Below are positions 18,415 to 20,000 of a DNA stretch of 20,000 nucleotides, in pieces. The notes below the pieces were generated by a model that saw only the letters and a program-made list of their open reading frames with translations, was not told where the DNA came from and did no database searches. Numbering within the stretch: position 1 is the stretch's first letter; every line of letters starts with the position of its first letter. The position numbers and the translations under genes are program-made. This DNA comes from an uncultured virus (IMG/VR IMGVR_UViG_3300027782_000070) (lineage: Duplodnaviria; Heunggongvirae; Uroviricota; Caudoviricetes): IMG/VR virus record IMGVR_UViG_3300027782_000070; one strand, 5' to 3'.

Positions 18415-19182
18415 ATGATTGACCTGAGAACTGGAGATTGTATTGAGTTGGCAAAACAACTTGATGATAACTCTATTGATTGTACTGTAACTTCACCACC
18501 ATACAACAAACAGAAGATTGGTGGTGGATTGTTTCGTAAAATTGAATATGATAAGTTTGATGATTCTCTCCCAGAAGATGTTTATCAGGAACAACAAATT
18601 GAACTATTGAATGTTCTGTTTGATAAGACCAAAGAAGGTGGTTCTCTATTCTACAATCATAAGGTAAGGTATCTTCAAGGTAATGCTACATCTCCTTGGG
18701 CATGGTTGCCCAAAACTAAGTGGCACATTAGGGAGGAGATTATTTGGAATAGGGGCAGTGGTCCTGAGATTTCAGGATACAGATTCACTCAGATTGATGA
18801 AAGAATCTATTGGTTGTGTAAAGGAGCAAAACGTCCTAAACTTCCCAGAAGGTCTGTAAACTATGCTAGTGTTTGGAAGTTTGGTCCTGAGATGAAGAAT
18901 CCTCATCCTGCACCATTTCCTATTATTCTTCCACTTAGGTGCATCCAAGGTGTTATGCAAGAACCTGGAGTAGTTCTTGACCCTTATAGTGGTTCAGGAA
19001 CTACTGGACTTGCTGCTACTCTTTTAGGACATAATTATATTGGATTTGATTTATCTGATGATTACCATCAAATGGCAACAGATAGAATTAATAATCCTTC
19101 TAAAAGAGACCTTGAAAAGTTTACTGAGGAGTGTGGTATTGAAGTAAATAGTAATACAAACCTCTTCAATATACTTTCATAA
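18415..19182 (+). CDS. Beta-class DNA amino-methyltransferase (N4-cytosine or N6-adenine)
   Basis: GDCIE, motif IV VTSPPY, HPAPFP, then motif I LDPYSGSGTT. The order IV-TRD-I defines the beta class; SPPY suggests but does not prove m4C. Confidence 0.92.
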   Translation: MIDLRTGDCIELAKQLDDNSIDCTVTSPPYNKQKIGGGLFRKIEYDKFDDSLPEDVYQEQQIELLNVLFDKTKEGGSLFYNHKVRYLQGNATSPWAWLPKTKWHIREEIIWNRGSGPEISGYRFTQIDERIYWLCKGAKRPKLPRRSVNYASVWKFGPEMKNPHPAPFPIILPLRCIQGVMQEPGVVLDPYSGSGTTGLAATLLGHNYIGFDLSDDYHQMATDRINNPSKRDLEKFTEECGIEVNSNTNLFNILS

Positions 19183-19406
19183 TGGAAGATTTCATTCAAG
19201 AACTTATTCCAATTTTTAAAAAACATATTAGAGTCAAACAAATAAAGAAAAAATGTATTGAAAGTTTTTGCAAGTTTTATGTAATTTTTGTGGAACAAAA
19301 TAAGAATCCAAAAGAAAAGAAAGATAAATACTTACAATTGCAAAAACTTGGATTACAGTACATTCGTAGTAATCAGGACTTGATATATACTCAAATTAAT
19401 AAATGA
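19182..19406 (+). CDS. Small hypothetical protein
   Basis: 74 aa, coupled on both sides (TAATG and ATGA overlaps). Confidence 0.7.
   Translation: MEDFIQELIPIFKKHIRVKQIKKKCIESFCKFYVIFVEQNKNPKEKKDKYLQLQKLGLQYIRSNQDLIYTQINK
19324..19330 (+). promoter_or_regulatory. Late promoter (ATAAATA) upstream of the cytidylyltransferase-like gene
   Basis: ATAAATA about 70 nt before ATG 19403. Confidence 0.45.
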
Positions 19407-20000
19407 AGAAATTCTCCCAGTTCATTACAGAAGCAAGAACATCCCAAGCAGCCCAACAGGCACATAAACTTGGGTATGTTGGTGATGGACACGGGTATTG
19501 GGTAGATAAACAAGGAGATCGTAAAGCACAAACCCTCAAGGGCAAACTTCAATTTTTAGATGCTAAAAAGAAATCTAAGGAAGAAGGTGATGGTCAAAAA
19601 AGACAAAAACCAGCAGAAGTAACTCCTGGAAAGTTTAAAGGACAAAAACCAGGAAAGAAAAGATTGGGTGCTAAACCCCAAGAAACTACAACAAAAAAAG
19701 CAGCAGCACCACAACCAACTAAAGGTTCAGGTGCAGCACCAAAAGGTAAACCACCTAAAGAAGATTCAAGAGGTGATGTAGTTACTGTAGTTTTTGGTAA
19801 GTTTAATCCACCTACCAAAGCACACCAAAAAGTTTTAAGTGCTGCAAAACAAACAGCATCTGGTGGAAACTTCTATATTTTCCCAAGTAGAACTGAGGAT
19901 AAAAAGAAAAATCCTCTTCCACCAGACCTTAAGATTGATTATATGAAGGAGATGTATCCTGAATATGCTGAAAATATTATTGATAGTGATGAGTTTAAAA
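19403..20000 (+). CDS. Cytidylyltransferase-like (HIGH-motif nucleotidyltransferase) protein, runs off the window; absent from the ORF track
   Basis: Open from ATG 19403: MKKFSQFITEARTSQAAQQAHKLGYVGDGHGYW..., a K/P/G/A-rich linker, then VVFGKFNPPTKAH...KNPL...YMKEMYP. Confidence 0.88.
   Translation, partial: MKKFSQFITEARTSQAAQQAHKLGYVGDGHGYWVDKQGDRKAQTLKGKLQFLDAKKKSKEEGDGQKRQKPAEVTPGKFKGQKPGKKRLGAKPQETTTKKAAAPQPTKGSGAAPKGKPPKEDSRGDVVTVVFGKFNPPTKAHQKVLSAAKQTASGGNFYIFPSRTEDKKKNPLPPDLKIDYMKEMYPEYAENIIDSDEFK

Noticed and set aside
19560..19770. Repeat-like A-rich stretch
   Set aside because: Low-complexity K/P/G/A linker coding sequence, not a true tandem repeat or array.
1..20000. tRNA, rRNA, CRISPR array, IS element or stop-codon reassignment
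   Set aside because: Intergenic gaps are at most about 120 nt with no cloverleaf or spaced repeats, there is no transposase, and core genes are full length in the standard code.

Overview
This is an AT-rich, gene-dense segment of a T4-like myovirus, with all credible genes on the + strand. Gene order and protein families resemble T4-like cyanophages, but the host is inferred because no photosynthesis gene is in the window. It covers the replication/recombination core: uvsY (3' end), uvsW, gp55, gp47, gp46, gp45, gp44, gp62, regA, gp43, uvsX, gp41, mazG and the 5' part of the conserved cytidylyltransferase-like gene. Three accessory insertions stand out. (1) A free-standing single-motif LAGLIDADG endonuclease next to dam, with a late promoter inside an RBS-sequestering hairpin. 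(2) A Pol-beta-superfamily nucleotidyltransferase after regA, where hsp20 usually sits; it follows a terminator fused to a perfect TATAAATA late promoter and starts with a capsid-targeting-like peptide. (3) A restriction-modification-like cassette after mazG with two PD-(D/E)xK-like ORFs and a beta-class amino-methyltransferase. Upstream of gp55, two overlapping divergent sigma70 promoters share one -35 element, and the minus-strand one points at no ORF, suggesting an antisense RNA. CG dinucleotides are strongly depleted except in short patches. All calls come from motif recognition and synteny; no searches were run.
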